24,000 nucleotides of DNA from Methanoculleus sp. 7T (GCF_023195915.1 NZ_JALPRP010000001.1:1928797-1952796), one strand, 5' to 3'. Shown: positions 8,740 through 16,270, counted from the first letter of the stretch. A program made the numbers and translations. The notes: generated by a model from the letters alone, not told the origin.

Positions 8740-8907
8740 TCAATGATATGTTCTTTCAGTTAAGATAATCTCGTCGAATTGTTCATGTAGGCGATCTGTG
8801 AGAACAAACTCATCCTGTGCTTTGTCATAGGGTGTTTCCGGCAAGCTTATCCCACCTTCAGGCGATCTCGCTGTATGACGCTCTCCTCCGACATCCCAAA
8901 AGGCCAT
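8740..8907 (-). CDS. Possible 55-aa ORF spanning the GC/AT compositional junction (speculative)
   Basis: Hand translation gives MAFWDVGGERHTARSPEGGISLPETPYDKAQDEFVLTDRLHEQFDEIILTERTYH, with its stop at 8742..8740. That is 17 nt upstream of the GTG of the 537-aa gene. The ORF is below the 60-aa cutoff of the supplied track. Its 5' half is GC-rich and its 3' half AT-rich. There is no recognisable motif. Confidence 0.2.
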   Translation of the reverse strand: MAFWDVGGERHTARSPEGGISLPETPYDKAQDEFVLTDRLHEQFDEIILTERTYH

Positions 8908-8983
8908 CGTATCGCACCACTGCTCTACGAAGCGTTCAGGACTACCGGCAACGTCCCGTTGTCCTGAAGGAGATGAGCCCCGC

Positions 8984-9478
8984 TCACCGGCTCACCAGCG
9001 CAGGCAGCCGCCCGTTGTGCGCCTCTTGGTATCTCTCCTTCAGGGCTTCCTCGGCAGTTCCCGGATGATCGTCGACGACCATCCACCCGTACTGCAGTTC
9101 CCACCCGGATGAGAGGAGCGCCCATAGAGGGTACTGAGCAGTATGGCGGGTTGCAAATTCCAGGTATCGGGCGTGGAGGGTGTTCTTGCTCCCGGGGTGT
9201 GTCCCTGCCGACCCAATGTAGATCGTCAGGCAGTCGTCGATCGCCAGGAGTCGGTCAAGCCGGCTGCGAAGAAACCGGCCTGCCACGTCCCAGCCAATTG
9301 ACCTGGCCAGACCGACGGCCTTCTCGTGGACCTCTCCTACTGGAGTTCCGCGTCGGTGAATCCGGATGACGTAAACCCCTTTCCGCTTCGGTGGTTCTGC
9401 GTCCTGAAACCGCGTGAACTCAAACTTGTCGAAGAGGCCGTTGCAGCAGCCGCCTTCCAGCGAAGATCCTTTCATCAT
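8984..9478 (-). CDS. GIY-YIG-like nuclease domain protein (tentative)
   Basis: 164-aa ORF starting 10 nt downstream of the PLD gene stop, so probably co-transcribed. It contains KGVYVIRI (GIY-like), TIYIGSAG (YIG-like), LHARYLEF (conserved Arg region) and C-terminal AEEALKERYQEAHNGRLPAL (Glu-containing helix). The spacing between the GIY and YIG elements is longer than canonical, so the family call is tentative. Confidence 0.6.
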   Translation of the reverse strand: MMKGSSLEGGCCNGLFDKFEFTRFQDAEPPKRKGVYVIRIHRRGTPVGEVHEKAVGLARSIGWDVAGRFLRSRLDRLLAIDDCLTIYIGSAGTHPGSKNTLHARYLEFATRHTAQYPLWALLSSGWELQYGWMVVDDHPGTAEEALKERYQEAHNGRLPALVSR

Positions 9479-9488
9479 AGTCTAGCCG

Positions 9489-10259
9489 TTACCGATAGTA
9501 GGTCTTGTAGCAGTCATCGCAGATTGGCCGGGTCTTTGTTGTCGCATGTTTGGTCCCGCACTTGTGACAGACCTTCTCCTTGTAATCTGGGTTGTTGAAG
9601 CGGGTCCAGGAAGCAAAGCACTTCGGACAGTACGGCTTCTCCGGGTTATAATCGATCGTCGCTCCGCACCGGATGCAGTACGCAGCCTCCCCCAGCACCG
9701 TGTCCAGCGCCTTCTCGAAGAACCCTTTCTTTGGAGGGGCTTTCAGCTTCGGCGATATGGTCCTGATGGGTTTTCTCGGTTCATAGGTCCGTTGATTCAC
9801 GTTGGCCGCCGCAGCCGTCTGGTTGTTGCTCTCCGGGCTGCTTGCTTGCAAGATCCTTTCAACTTCTTCAAGCGTCTGGGTGTAGAGGACCGGATCGGTC
9901 TCCCGGAAAAACCGGACACCCATCTCCCAGTTGTTGCTCTGCGAGTGCTCGTAAAGGTTCATCGAGGTGATTATGCCGAACTGCTCGTTGATGTAGCATT
10001 TGGCGTGGAGGTCGTTGCACTTGTAGAGTTGAGCGCTCTGCAATTGTTTGAGAAACGCCAGGTCCTCCGGATTGGGGTTCGTGTCGCTCCGGTAGACGAT
10101 GTCGATGGGGACCTTTTTGTCGTCAATGCTCTGGAGGTATTTCCTGTTGTGCGGGGTCAGGCTGATGTAGGGAGAGATGATGAAGATTTGCTCCTCTGCG
10201 TTCTTGATGATCTCGATGAACGCTGCACTTACCCCCAATGCGTCGAGAAAATCTGCCAT
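9489..10259 (-). CDS. PLD/HKD-family (Nuc-like) nuclease domain protein with C-terminal tandem zinc ribbons
   Basis: 256-aa ORF with an ATG at 10259 and AGGAG upstream. It has a single HKD-type motif, LHAKCYINEQFGIITSMNL (HxKx4E...TSxN). The C-terminus has CIRCG...CPKC and CHKCG...CDDC pairs. The 238-aa plus-strand ORF 9546..10262 is its antisense shadow. Confidence 0.85.
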   Translation of the reverse strand: MADFLDALGVSAAFIEIIKNAEEQIFIISPYISLTPHNRKYLQSIDDKKVPIDIVYRSDTNPNPEDLAFLKQLQSAQLYKCNDLHAKCYINEQFGIITSMNLYEHSQSNNWEMGVRFFRETDPVLYTQTLEEVERILQASSPESNNQTAAAANVNQRTYEPRKPIRTISPKLKAPPKKGFFEKALDTVLGEAAYCIRCGATIDYNPEKPYCPKCFASWTRFNNPDYKEKVCHKCGTKHATTKTRPICDDCYKTYYR

Positions 10260-10497
10260 TAGATTGCTCCTAATGGTATACTATACGGTGGGGCGGCGAA
10301 AAAGATTCTTATACGCCCCCTTTGCTCAGGATCACTGGTATGGAGCCGTTTTGCTGGAAATTCAACCGAACGGAGAGTGGAACGCTGACATAAAGTATTT
10401 GGTGATCGAGAAGAAATTTTCAATCAAGAATAGAAGGGCACAGCGGAGTTATACTGAGAGTTGGGCAGTACCGCGAGGGCGGTGAAACAGGGAGCCT
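10260..10497. promoter_or_regulatory. Divergent intergenic region between the PLD operon (-) and the NERD gene (+), with TATA-like elements
   Basis: A 238-nt gap between divergent starts. TATA-like strings are tatactata (10277..10285) and tcttatac (10307..10314). I cannot place transcription starts by eye. Confidence 0.3.
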
Positions 10498-11493
10498 ATG
10501 GTCATAATACATGGAGTATCCGGAAGTACGAAGTACCTGCTGAATGGGCTGAAATCTGTTGGTGGAGGAAGTCTGGGGACCTTTGAAGATATTCACCACT
10601 TTTACAACAACTATACCGGAATCCTGGCCGAGACCGAAGCCGCGGTAAATGCTCAACTGGATGAGAGGATAGCCGGTCTGGGCGACGCTGAGGTCCAGTT
10701 TGATGCCCAGATTCGGGAGGGCATTGCCCGGCGGACTGCAGAAATTGATGCAGAGATCGCCGAACTCAAGACGAAGATTGCCAACGCAACGAATATTCTG
10801 ACACGGTGGGGCTATACAGTCAAATGTTGGATTGCGGTCTCTCTACGGTCCCGGAGCATATCCCGCCCCTCCAGTGGCCTGAAGTCGGAACTACGCGGCG
10901 TTCAAAACGAGAGAGCGATGCTGATCCGGAAGAGGCCGGAACTTGTCAACAAAGGGTGCAGCAACATCATTGCGAACCATGCATTCATAGCCGATAATCT
11001 GTTGTTCTATATCGGTGCCATCGGGGAGGAAACGGTCATCGCCGCCCTCTCCCGGATCTCCGACGAGTACCACCTGTTCAATGACGTGAACCTGCGTTTC
11101 CATCCTCCTATCCACTGGAGAGAGATGAATGACTACATCAAGTCGAGCCAGATCGATCACATCGTCGTAGGGCCGACGGGTCTCTTCGTCGTGGAGACGA
11201 AGAACTGGAAGTTCTCAGACATTGAGAAGAAATCTGACAAACTGGTCTACCAGGTGAGACGATCAAGCCTGGCGCTCTGGTACTACCTGCGGAAGAACTA
11301 TGCACGAAATGACGTGCCGAAGACCCGCAATGTCGTCGTCTCGGTGCAGGGCTGCCGTCCCGGTCAGAAACTGGACTCCCACATCGATATCACCACCCCC
11401 AACAGGCTCTGTGAATACATAACGAAAAGAACGAACACCCTGCCGGCAGATGCGGTCGATCGGTTGGTTGCCGTGATTGGCCGGATCGCATGA
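10498..11493 (+). CDS. NERD (nuclease-related domain) protein with an N-terminal coiled-coil region
   Basis: 331-aa ORF with GGGAG upstream of the ATG. The C-terminal half matches the NERD pattern: GAIGEETVIAALSRISDEYHLFNDVNLRF...SSQIDHIVVGPTGLFVVETKNWKF. The N-terminal ~100 aa are A/E/I-rich and helical (AETEAAVNAQLDERIAGLGDAEVQFDAQIREGIARRTAEIDAEIAELKTKIANA). Confidence 0.85.
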   Translation: MVIIHGVSGSTKYLLNGLKSVGGGSLGTFEDIHHFYNNYTGILAETEAAVNAQLDERIAGLGDAEVQFDAQIREGIARRTAEIDAEIAELKTKIANATNILTRWGYTVKCWIAVSLRSRSISRPSSGLKSELRGVQNERAMLIRKRPELVNKGCSNIIANHAFIADNLLFYIGAIGEETVIAALSRISDEYHLFNDVNLRFHPPIHWREMNDYIKSSQIDHIVVGPTGLFVVETKNWKFSDIEKKSDKLVYQVRRSSLALWYYLRKNYARNDVPKTRNVVVSVQGCRPGQKLDSHIDITTPNRLCEYITKRTNTLPADAVDRLVAVIGRIA

Positions 11494-11564
11494 GGTTAAA
11501 GAGATCGACTCCTTGATACGAGAGCCATCTCTATCTTTCCAGGTGACGGCTGGAATTGGATAAC

Positions 11565-11576
11565 GTTTTCATTTTT
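11565..11576 (+). terminator. Oligo-T tracts downstream of the NERD gene (possible archaeal terminator)
   Basis: gttttcattttt lies 72 nt after the NERD stop. Archaeal RNAP commonly terminates at T-runs. This is weak evidence. Confidence 0.2.
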
Positions 11577-11715
11577 CGGGTGCGAGTAAGTTGATATGAT
11601 TGCTCTCTGGGCATATCTGTGGACTTTTGTGTTCTGGTGAGTTCGGTAAAAAAATCTAGCCGGGTGTTACCTATATATGAAAAGCTATAATTTTAAATAG
11701 GATAACAATAATCTA

Positions 11716-11934
11716 ATGGAACTGGATCTCTTCGTTACTGTTACAGTAAGTATTATTTCCGCTCTTGGGGGAGGTGTTATGACCTATAGCACAGTAAGAG
11801 TGAGTATAGAGTCAAGATTGAAGGAATTAGAAAAAGAAGTCCAACTCCTAGGGCCAATTAAATGTATTTTGTTAGAGAAGGGCAGTGAACATGTAATTGA
11901 CGTCTTTAAGGGGGGTAACCATGAGTCTCACTAA
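11716..11934 (+). CDS. Small hypothetical membrane protein (72 aa, N-terminal TM segment)
   Basis: ORF in the A+T-rich islet. It has an N-terminal hydrophobic helix (LFVTVTVSIISALGGGVMTY). TATA-like strings (cctatatatg, ttttaaata) lie 17-45 nt upstream. Its 3' end overlaps the next ORF by 14 nt. Confidence 0.45.
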   Translation: MELDLFVTVTVSIISALGGGVMTYSTVRVSIESRLKELEKEVQLLGPIKCILLEKGSEHVIDVFKGGNHESH

Positions 11935-12127
11935 AACAGAGTTCAATAAAATGGAATATCTGTTAGGAAAAGCGAAAGTGCAAGGACTCACTCCATCCGA
12001 AGAGGGAGAATTAAGAATGTACGTTTCCAAAGAACGTCCCTCTGCAAAGAATTCATCGCTTGAAGATCTTATTGCTCTTGGCTTGATCCTCGTTGGAATT
12101 TACCTTCTAATCAAAGCCCTCGAATAA
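11921..12127 (+). CDS. Small hypothetical membrane protein (68 aa, C-terminal TM segment)
   Basis: The track ORF starts at TTG 11897, but the ATG at 11921 is preceded by AAGGGGGGT (SD-like). It has a C-terminal hydrophobic helix (LIALGLILVGIYLLIKAL). It overlaps the upstream small ORF, which suggests coupling. Confidence 0.45.
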   Translation: MSLTKTEFNKMEYLLGKAKVQGLTPSEEGELRMYVSKERPSAKNSSLEDLIALGLILVGIYLLIKALE

Positions 12128-12216
12128 TTTGTATACCAAAATCTGACTTTAACAACTACCAATAGTTTTTCATCTCGGCACTTGCGATACAATGTATCCG
12201 AAAAGCACTCAAAGGG

Positions 12217-12734
12217 TTATACAGCCTTCTCGACCCTCTCCTTCAGCCCGGACGCGAACGCCTCCATCGAGTCCAGGTCTTTGAACCCGGCGAAGATAAC
12301 CTTCCCTGACGAGAATACGAGAGCGGTCCCTGCCTCGCCCCGGTAGATCAGGCCCGGGAACTGCTCGGGCTCGTACTCGACCTGCTCCATCCTGAGCGCG
12401 ACGACGAGTCGTGATAGTGGGACTTCTATCTGGAAGTCATCCATGCCGACGACATTCCGGATTTCCGGCGCCGTTGCGAGTGAAGGATCAATGATGGGTA
12501 AGTTTAGGGTGAGGAACTCCTGATAGGACTTATCAACATCGTCAAGGGACGTAAGGCCGTAGATGATGTACTTCCCGCTCCGGTAGATGGTTGGCCTTCC
12601 CCTGGAGAGGAGGATGTAGGCCCCGTGGTAGATCTTAGGGTCATACTTATAGGTAGACTCGAGAGCTCCGGCAACCGCTCAAATGGGATCGGCTGGTGGA
12701 GGTCGCCGGAAGCAACGATGTTGATGATCTTCAT
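12217..12734 (-). pseudogene. tbp: TATA-box-binding protein (TBP) paralogue interrupted by a 1-nt frameshift
   Basis: The second TBP repeat is intact in ORF 12217..12444 and its upstream extension: VEYEPEQFPGLIYRGEAGTALVFSSGKVIFAGFKDLD. The first repeat starts at ATG 12734 (MKIINIVASGDLHQPIPFE) but is in a different frame. The two frames join near nt 12675-12680, and the downstream frame has a TGA immediately upstream of the junction. The span is 518 nt, which is not a multiple of 3. Adding one nt would give about 173 aa with two TBP-like repeats. Confidence 0.7.
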
Positions 12735-13214
12735 TCCCAAATATGAACGGGACCCCGGCAAGACCTTCTTCTGGCGGGACGGGATGCTGAAGTAACCTAC
12801 CTCACCCCTGCCCAGCACCCGCACGATCACCGCCACCACCCCGCCGGCCCCGGCGCTCACCGTCGATAACCTCCGCTCCTCTCCCACTTCCTCCGCCCGA
12901 GAGCCGCTCCGGCGCCCAGCAACATGGTCCCGGAAGACCGGGCTCCCGGGTGGTCTTCTCGTTGGTCATCCCCGTAACCTTCCCTGAGGACAGCAGAATG
13001 GGGAAGAGACAAATCCTGCCCGTGAGGGCTATGCCGGGGGATCCGGGCCTCCCGGAGAAATGCCCCGCGATCAGCCTCGACGATGCCGGCGTGACGGAGG
13101 ACGGCGGGTGCGGGGTCACGGTCCGCCGCCGGGAGCAGTACTTCATGTTCGACCGTGAGGTCTACCGGACCTGGAGCAGGGGTACTTCCGTCTGGCTGGA
13201 CGGACGACCCGACG

Positions 13215-13296
13215 ATGACAGCAATGACAGCAGTTTTCAGCAGAATGACAGCAACTGCTGTCATTCTGCTGTCAACGTGCTGTCACATGCTGTCAT
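13215..13296. repeat. Array of seven TGACAGCA 8-mers (3 forward, 4 reverse) centred on a perfect 16-bp inverted repeat
   Basis: ATGACAGCA occurs at 13215, 13224 and 13245. Its complement TGCTGTCA occurs at 13256, 13267, 13278 and 13288. Spacings are 9, 21 | 11, 11, 10 bp. The arms cagcagaatgacagca (13238..13253) and tgctgtcattctgctg (13256..13271) are exact reverse complements separated by 2 nt. Confidence 0.8.
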
Positions 13297-13767
13297 TCTC
13301 CACCACCGGTCGACCCCCCGACTCCATCCCCTCCCGGTGGCAAAGGACGGGCCCGGGCCCGCGTCTGCGGCCGGCGGCCGACACCCTCCGTGAAACGGGG
13401 CGGCCTCCGTTACAACCGCCTTGCGAAGGCGAAGCGGCCCGGGAAAGTGCAACCCCTCTCCCCGGCGTGCTCGACCGCCGGGAGTTTTCCCGGATAAAGG
13501 CCGAACTCGGCCGGTGCGACGCGGGGAGAAAATGGCGGTCTACCGCTCGCGGGAGGCGCAGGCGAAGGTCTGCGATCAGTGCTGCGCCCGGGAGTGGAAC
13601 GGGCGGGCGGAGAGGGTCGTGTACGCATGACCTGCCGGATAAGGAACGGCGGGTGTCCGGGCATCGAAGGTGGGAAGCAGAAACGCAGTGAGCACCGGAG
13701 GTGCGAAGGAAGACGGATGGCACAGAAAGAGTATAACGGATACTTCCTCATTGTTGAGAGAAAAGCA

Positions 13768-14517
13768 ATGACCCGAAACCTTCGTGCGATTCTGTGCCTC
13801 CTCATACTGCTCTCGGCGGCTGCATCCCCGGCAACCGCCGGGGATGTCACGTCCGAGACGTCGATGAAACTCTCGATCACCTCCCCAAAGCAGTATGATA
13901 CGATATGGAGCGATCTCGCCCCGCCCCGCGCCGAGGTCGCCGGCAGGGCCGAAGCCTCGAATGGGATACGGGACGTGGTTGTCGCGAGCGGCGCCGGGGA
14001 GGTGTCATGCGGGAACGGGACCGAGTTTGCCTGCTCCGTCCCGGTCACGGAGGGGAACGAGACGATCACCGTGACCCTGATCGATAACCTGGGAAAAACT
14101 TCGGACGCGGTCCTGAACGTCTACGTCAACGTCGACGTCCCCCCGCCGCCCCGGATCTCTGCGATCGGGACGGTGAGGGACAGCGACGGCCGTCCGGTCC
14201 CGGGCGCGGCGGTGAGGTTTGAGTCCGTCCTCCCATTGAACGGCGCACCGTATCCCCTGGCGACCGAGACCGCCGGTGATGGAAGCTACCTGATAGAGAA
14301 CGCGTTTGGCTACGGGCAGACCGTCTCGGTCGAGAAGGACGGCTACCTCCCCCTGCACCGGGTGGTCGTCTTTGAGGAGACCGTCAACAGGCTCGACTTG
14401 GAACTGGAGCCGGAGCCGCAGGGGAGGGCGGTTCCCGGGTTCTCCGCCTGGATTGGCGTGCTTGCGCTCTCGGGAGGACTGCTCGCCGCCCGTGTGGCGA
14501 GGAGGCGGAGGGGGTGA
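13768..14517 (+). CDS. Secreted surface protein with a carboxypeptidase-regulatory-like domain and a PGF-CTERM archaeosortase sorting signal
   Basis: The track ORF starts at 13579. ATG 13768 gives a classic signal peptide (MTRNLRAILCLLILLSAAASPATAGD), with TATA-like gagtataa 33 nt upstream. A CarboxypepD_reg-like segment reads GTVRDSDGRPVPGAAVRFES...GDGSYLIENA...VSVEKDGYLP. The C-terminus PGFSAWIGVLALSGGLLAARVARRRRG has PGF, a TM helix and a basic tail. Confidence 0.85.
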   Translation: MTRNLRAILCLLILLSAAASPATAGDVTSETSMKLSITSPKQYDTIWSDLAPPRAEVAGRAEASNGIRDVVVASGAGEVSCGNGTEFACSVPVTEGNETITVTLIDNLGKTSDAVLNVYVNVDVPPPPRISAIGTVRDSDGRPVPGAAVRFESVLPLNGAPYPLATETAGDGSYLIENAFGYGQTVSVEKDGYLPLHRVVVFEETVNRLDLELEPEPQGRAVPGFSAWIGVLALSGGLLAARVARRRRG

Positions 14518-14660
14518 AGCGAGGATGAGGACCCGCCCGCTCACCCTTTCGCTCGTCGTCACGGCCGCGGCATCGAGTTGAGGCTGAAGAAGGATCCGCT
14601 CCTGCAGTAGGGCCTGAATCCCGGGAGATTTAAACTCAGATAAGCATTGTATCATCTACC

Positions 14661-14667
14661 TTTTTTT
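14661..14667 (+). terminator. T7 run downstream of the PGF-CTERM gene (possible terminator)
   Basis: ttttttt lies about 145 nt after the stop codon in an otherwise GC-rich spacer. This is weak evidence. Confidence 0.2.
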
Positions 14668-14923
14668 CCTCTGAGGACCCAAGTGTCTTTCCAGGGGATC
14701 CTATACCTTTTCGCGTTCGGACTCTGCAAATCCTGTCTGAATAACAGATCCCGGCATTACCGGGCCTGAGCAACTCGCAACACCCCGCAGGACGCAATCC
14801 CGGTCATGAAGGAGATGCCGAACCGGCGATATACCATGGACCCGCCTCCGGCGAGTGAAGGACCGGATCGAAGGCGGTGACAATCTCTTCTCTCTTCCGC
14901 AGATGATGGTCCACGAAAACACT

Positions 14924-14931
14924 GATATATT
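14924..14931 (+). promoter_or_regulatory. TATA-like box upstream of the 228-aa secreted-protein gene
   Basis: gatatatt is centred about 33 nt upstream of ATG 14961, in a GC-rich background. Confidence 0.3.
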
Positions 14932-14960
14932 GGGATACTAATAGCGCTCGAGGTCGAGCA

Positions 14961-15647
14961 ATGAGAGCATCGATAAGATTGCTGGCAGGCTGCCTGCTGA
15001 TGCTGCTGCTGGCATGTCAGGCTTCCGCCATGGCTCCGCCCGCATGGGTGCAACCCGGAACGACAGTGACGTATCAAGCCGCATTAACCCCATACTACGG
15101 TATCGATCCCGACGATCCGATGGAGCGGTGGGTGCATTACGAAGGGACCGGAGTATACGGCTACCTGACCGATACGGTCACCGGCGGGGACGCACAGAGC
15201 GGTTATTCCGGCGACTCGGTGGTGATCAGCGGCATCGATGGAAACATCCTGTATCAGGGCACATGGTCGTATCAACCCGGAGACCCGGGTATCGGGCTGG
15301 TGCCGTTCTGGGTCGACCTCGATAATCCCGCATTCGACCAGCAGTTCCTGGTCCTCGAGGGCCCGCTGGAACTTGCCGGGCAGCAGTGGAATGCGCAGGT
15401 CTATTACTACGCAAACCTCGGGACCAGCTTCGATATCCGCTACGTCGTCGATAACGACAGCGGTCTCGTTTTAGTCAAGAATGCGGGACTGACCGGCGCC
15501 AACAACCAGATGCAGAGGGAGATCTACATACTGCAGTCGGTCGAGACCGGATACCCTGGGAGTGGCAGACCGGAGAACACTACCCGCGAGGTGGTCGAGG
15601 GCGCCCGGAGTGCAGGAGAGGTCTGGCGATCGAGGATGTCCTCATAA
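14961..15647 (+). CDS. Secreted hypothetical protein (signal peptide, Y/G/D-rich beta-type sequence)
   Basis: 228-aa ORF with an N-terminal signal peptide (MRASIRLLAGCLLMLLLACQASAMAPP). The third codon position is strongly G/C, as in neighbouring host genes. I recognise no family motif. Confidence 0.75.
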   Translation: MRASIRLLAGCLLMLLLACQASAMAPPAWVQPGTTVTYQAALTPYYGIDPDDPMERWVHYEGTGVYGYLTDTVTGGDAQSGYSGDSVVISGIDGNILYQGTWSYQPGDPGIGLVPFWVDLDNPAFDQQFLVLEGPLELAGQQWNAQVYYYANLGTSFDIRYVVDNDSGLVLVKNAGLTGANNQMQREIYILQSVETGYPGSGRPENTTREVVEGARSAGEVWRSRMSS

Positions 15648-15991
15648 TCAGGAACGAGGACTTGGGGCACAACCCCGATCTCAGGGGCGAGGCGCCGTTA
15701 TACGGTGTTCTTCGGGGCGGCTCGCAGTACGGCCCAAGTCTCCGCAAACGTGCGTAAGAGTGCCCCGATACCTACGGTTCTTCAATCACCGGATACTGTT
15801 TGGATCTGTTCCTGACTGCCGACCCATTCCCTCCGGCACATTACCCGGGACGAGCGGGCCGTCGCCACGGGGTCGTTCAGCCCCGGTGCAACAGCCGGTA
15901 TCGGCTTTAGATCCCGTGCATAGGCCGCTCCTTGCGCCCGTCCGGACAGTCGCGGATCCGACACCCGGGCAAAGGAGGGAACCCGACGTTC

Positions 15992-16270
15992 CTACTGTGC
16001 AAGGATCTTCTGCTTCTCCTGCTGGAACTCTTCCTCGGTCAGGGCCCCCATCTGCTTCAGTTCCGCCAGTTGCTTGAGTTGAGCCAGTTTCTGCTCCTGG
16101 GTCATGCCCGACTGGGCGGATGCGGGGGATGCCTGTTGCGACTGCGCCTCCTTCTGCATCTCTCTCTGTTGCATTCGCTTGTTGACCGCTCGGGATGTCG
16201 CGGTGGCCGTTCCGGCGACCACCGCCGTGCGAGCCACGGTGCCGATAAGGCCCGGTCGACCGCCTCTCAT
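15992..16270 (-). CDS. SHOCT-domain protein
   Basis: 92-aa ORF with GGAGGAGG 6 nt upstream of the ATG. The C-terminus KLAQLKQLAELKQMGALTEEEFQQEKQKILAQ matches the short C-terminal (SHOCT) domain pattern. Confidence 0.75.
   Translation of the reverse strand: MRGGRPGLIGTVARTAVVAGTATATSRAVNKRMQQREMQKEAQSQQASPASAQSGMTQEQKLAQLKQLAELKQMGALTEEEFQQEKQKILAQ

Noticed and set aside
1-10259. Calling the locus DISARM (helicase plus PLD)
   Set aside because: There is no DNA methyltransferase gene, no separate DUF1998 gene and no SNF2 gene in the window. The PLD gene has a different base composition from the helicase cassette. The resemblance is only partial.
9546-10262. 238-aa plus-strand ORF opposite the PLD gene
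   Set aside because: It is an antisense shadow ORF in GC-rich DNA. It is Arg/Leu/Val-rich and low in complexity, while the minus frame has the HKD motif and zinc ribbons.
12504-12887. 127-aa minus-strand ORF taken at face value
   Set aside because: Its middle encodes the genuine TBP N-terminus (MKIINIVASGDL). Its upstream extension and its S/T/P-rich tail are out-of-frame read-through caused by the frameshift. It is better explained as part of a TBP pseudogene.
13215-13296. A CRISPR array or MITE as the explanation for the TGACAGCA repeats
   Set aside because: The units are only 8-9 bp, with 1-12 bp between them and mixed orientation. There are no repeats of about 25-37 bp with unique spacers, no cas genes, and no flanking target-site duplication that I can see.
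13579-13767. N-terminal 63-aa extension of the 312-aa ORF
   Set aside because: The extension is Arg/Gly-rich with no signal peptide. ATG 13768 gives a canonical signal peptide directly and has a TATA-like box upstream.
14005-14655. 216-aa minus-strand ORF, plus other overlapping ORFs at 13410..14069 and 14306..14581
   Set aside because: They are antisense or alternative frames of the PGF-CTERM protein gene and have P/R/G-rich low-complexity translations.
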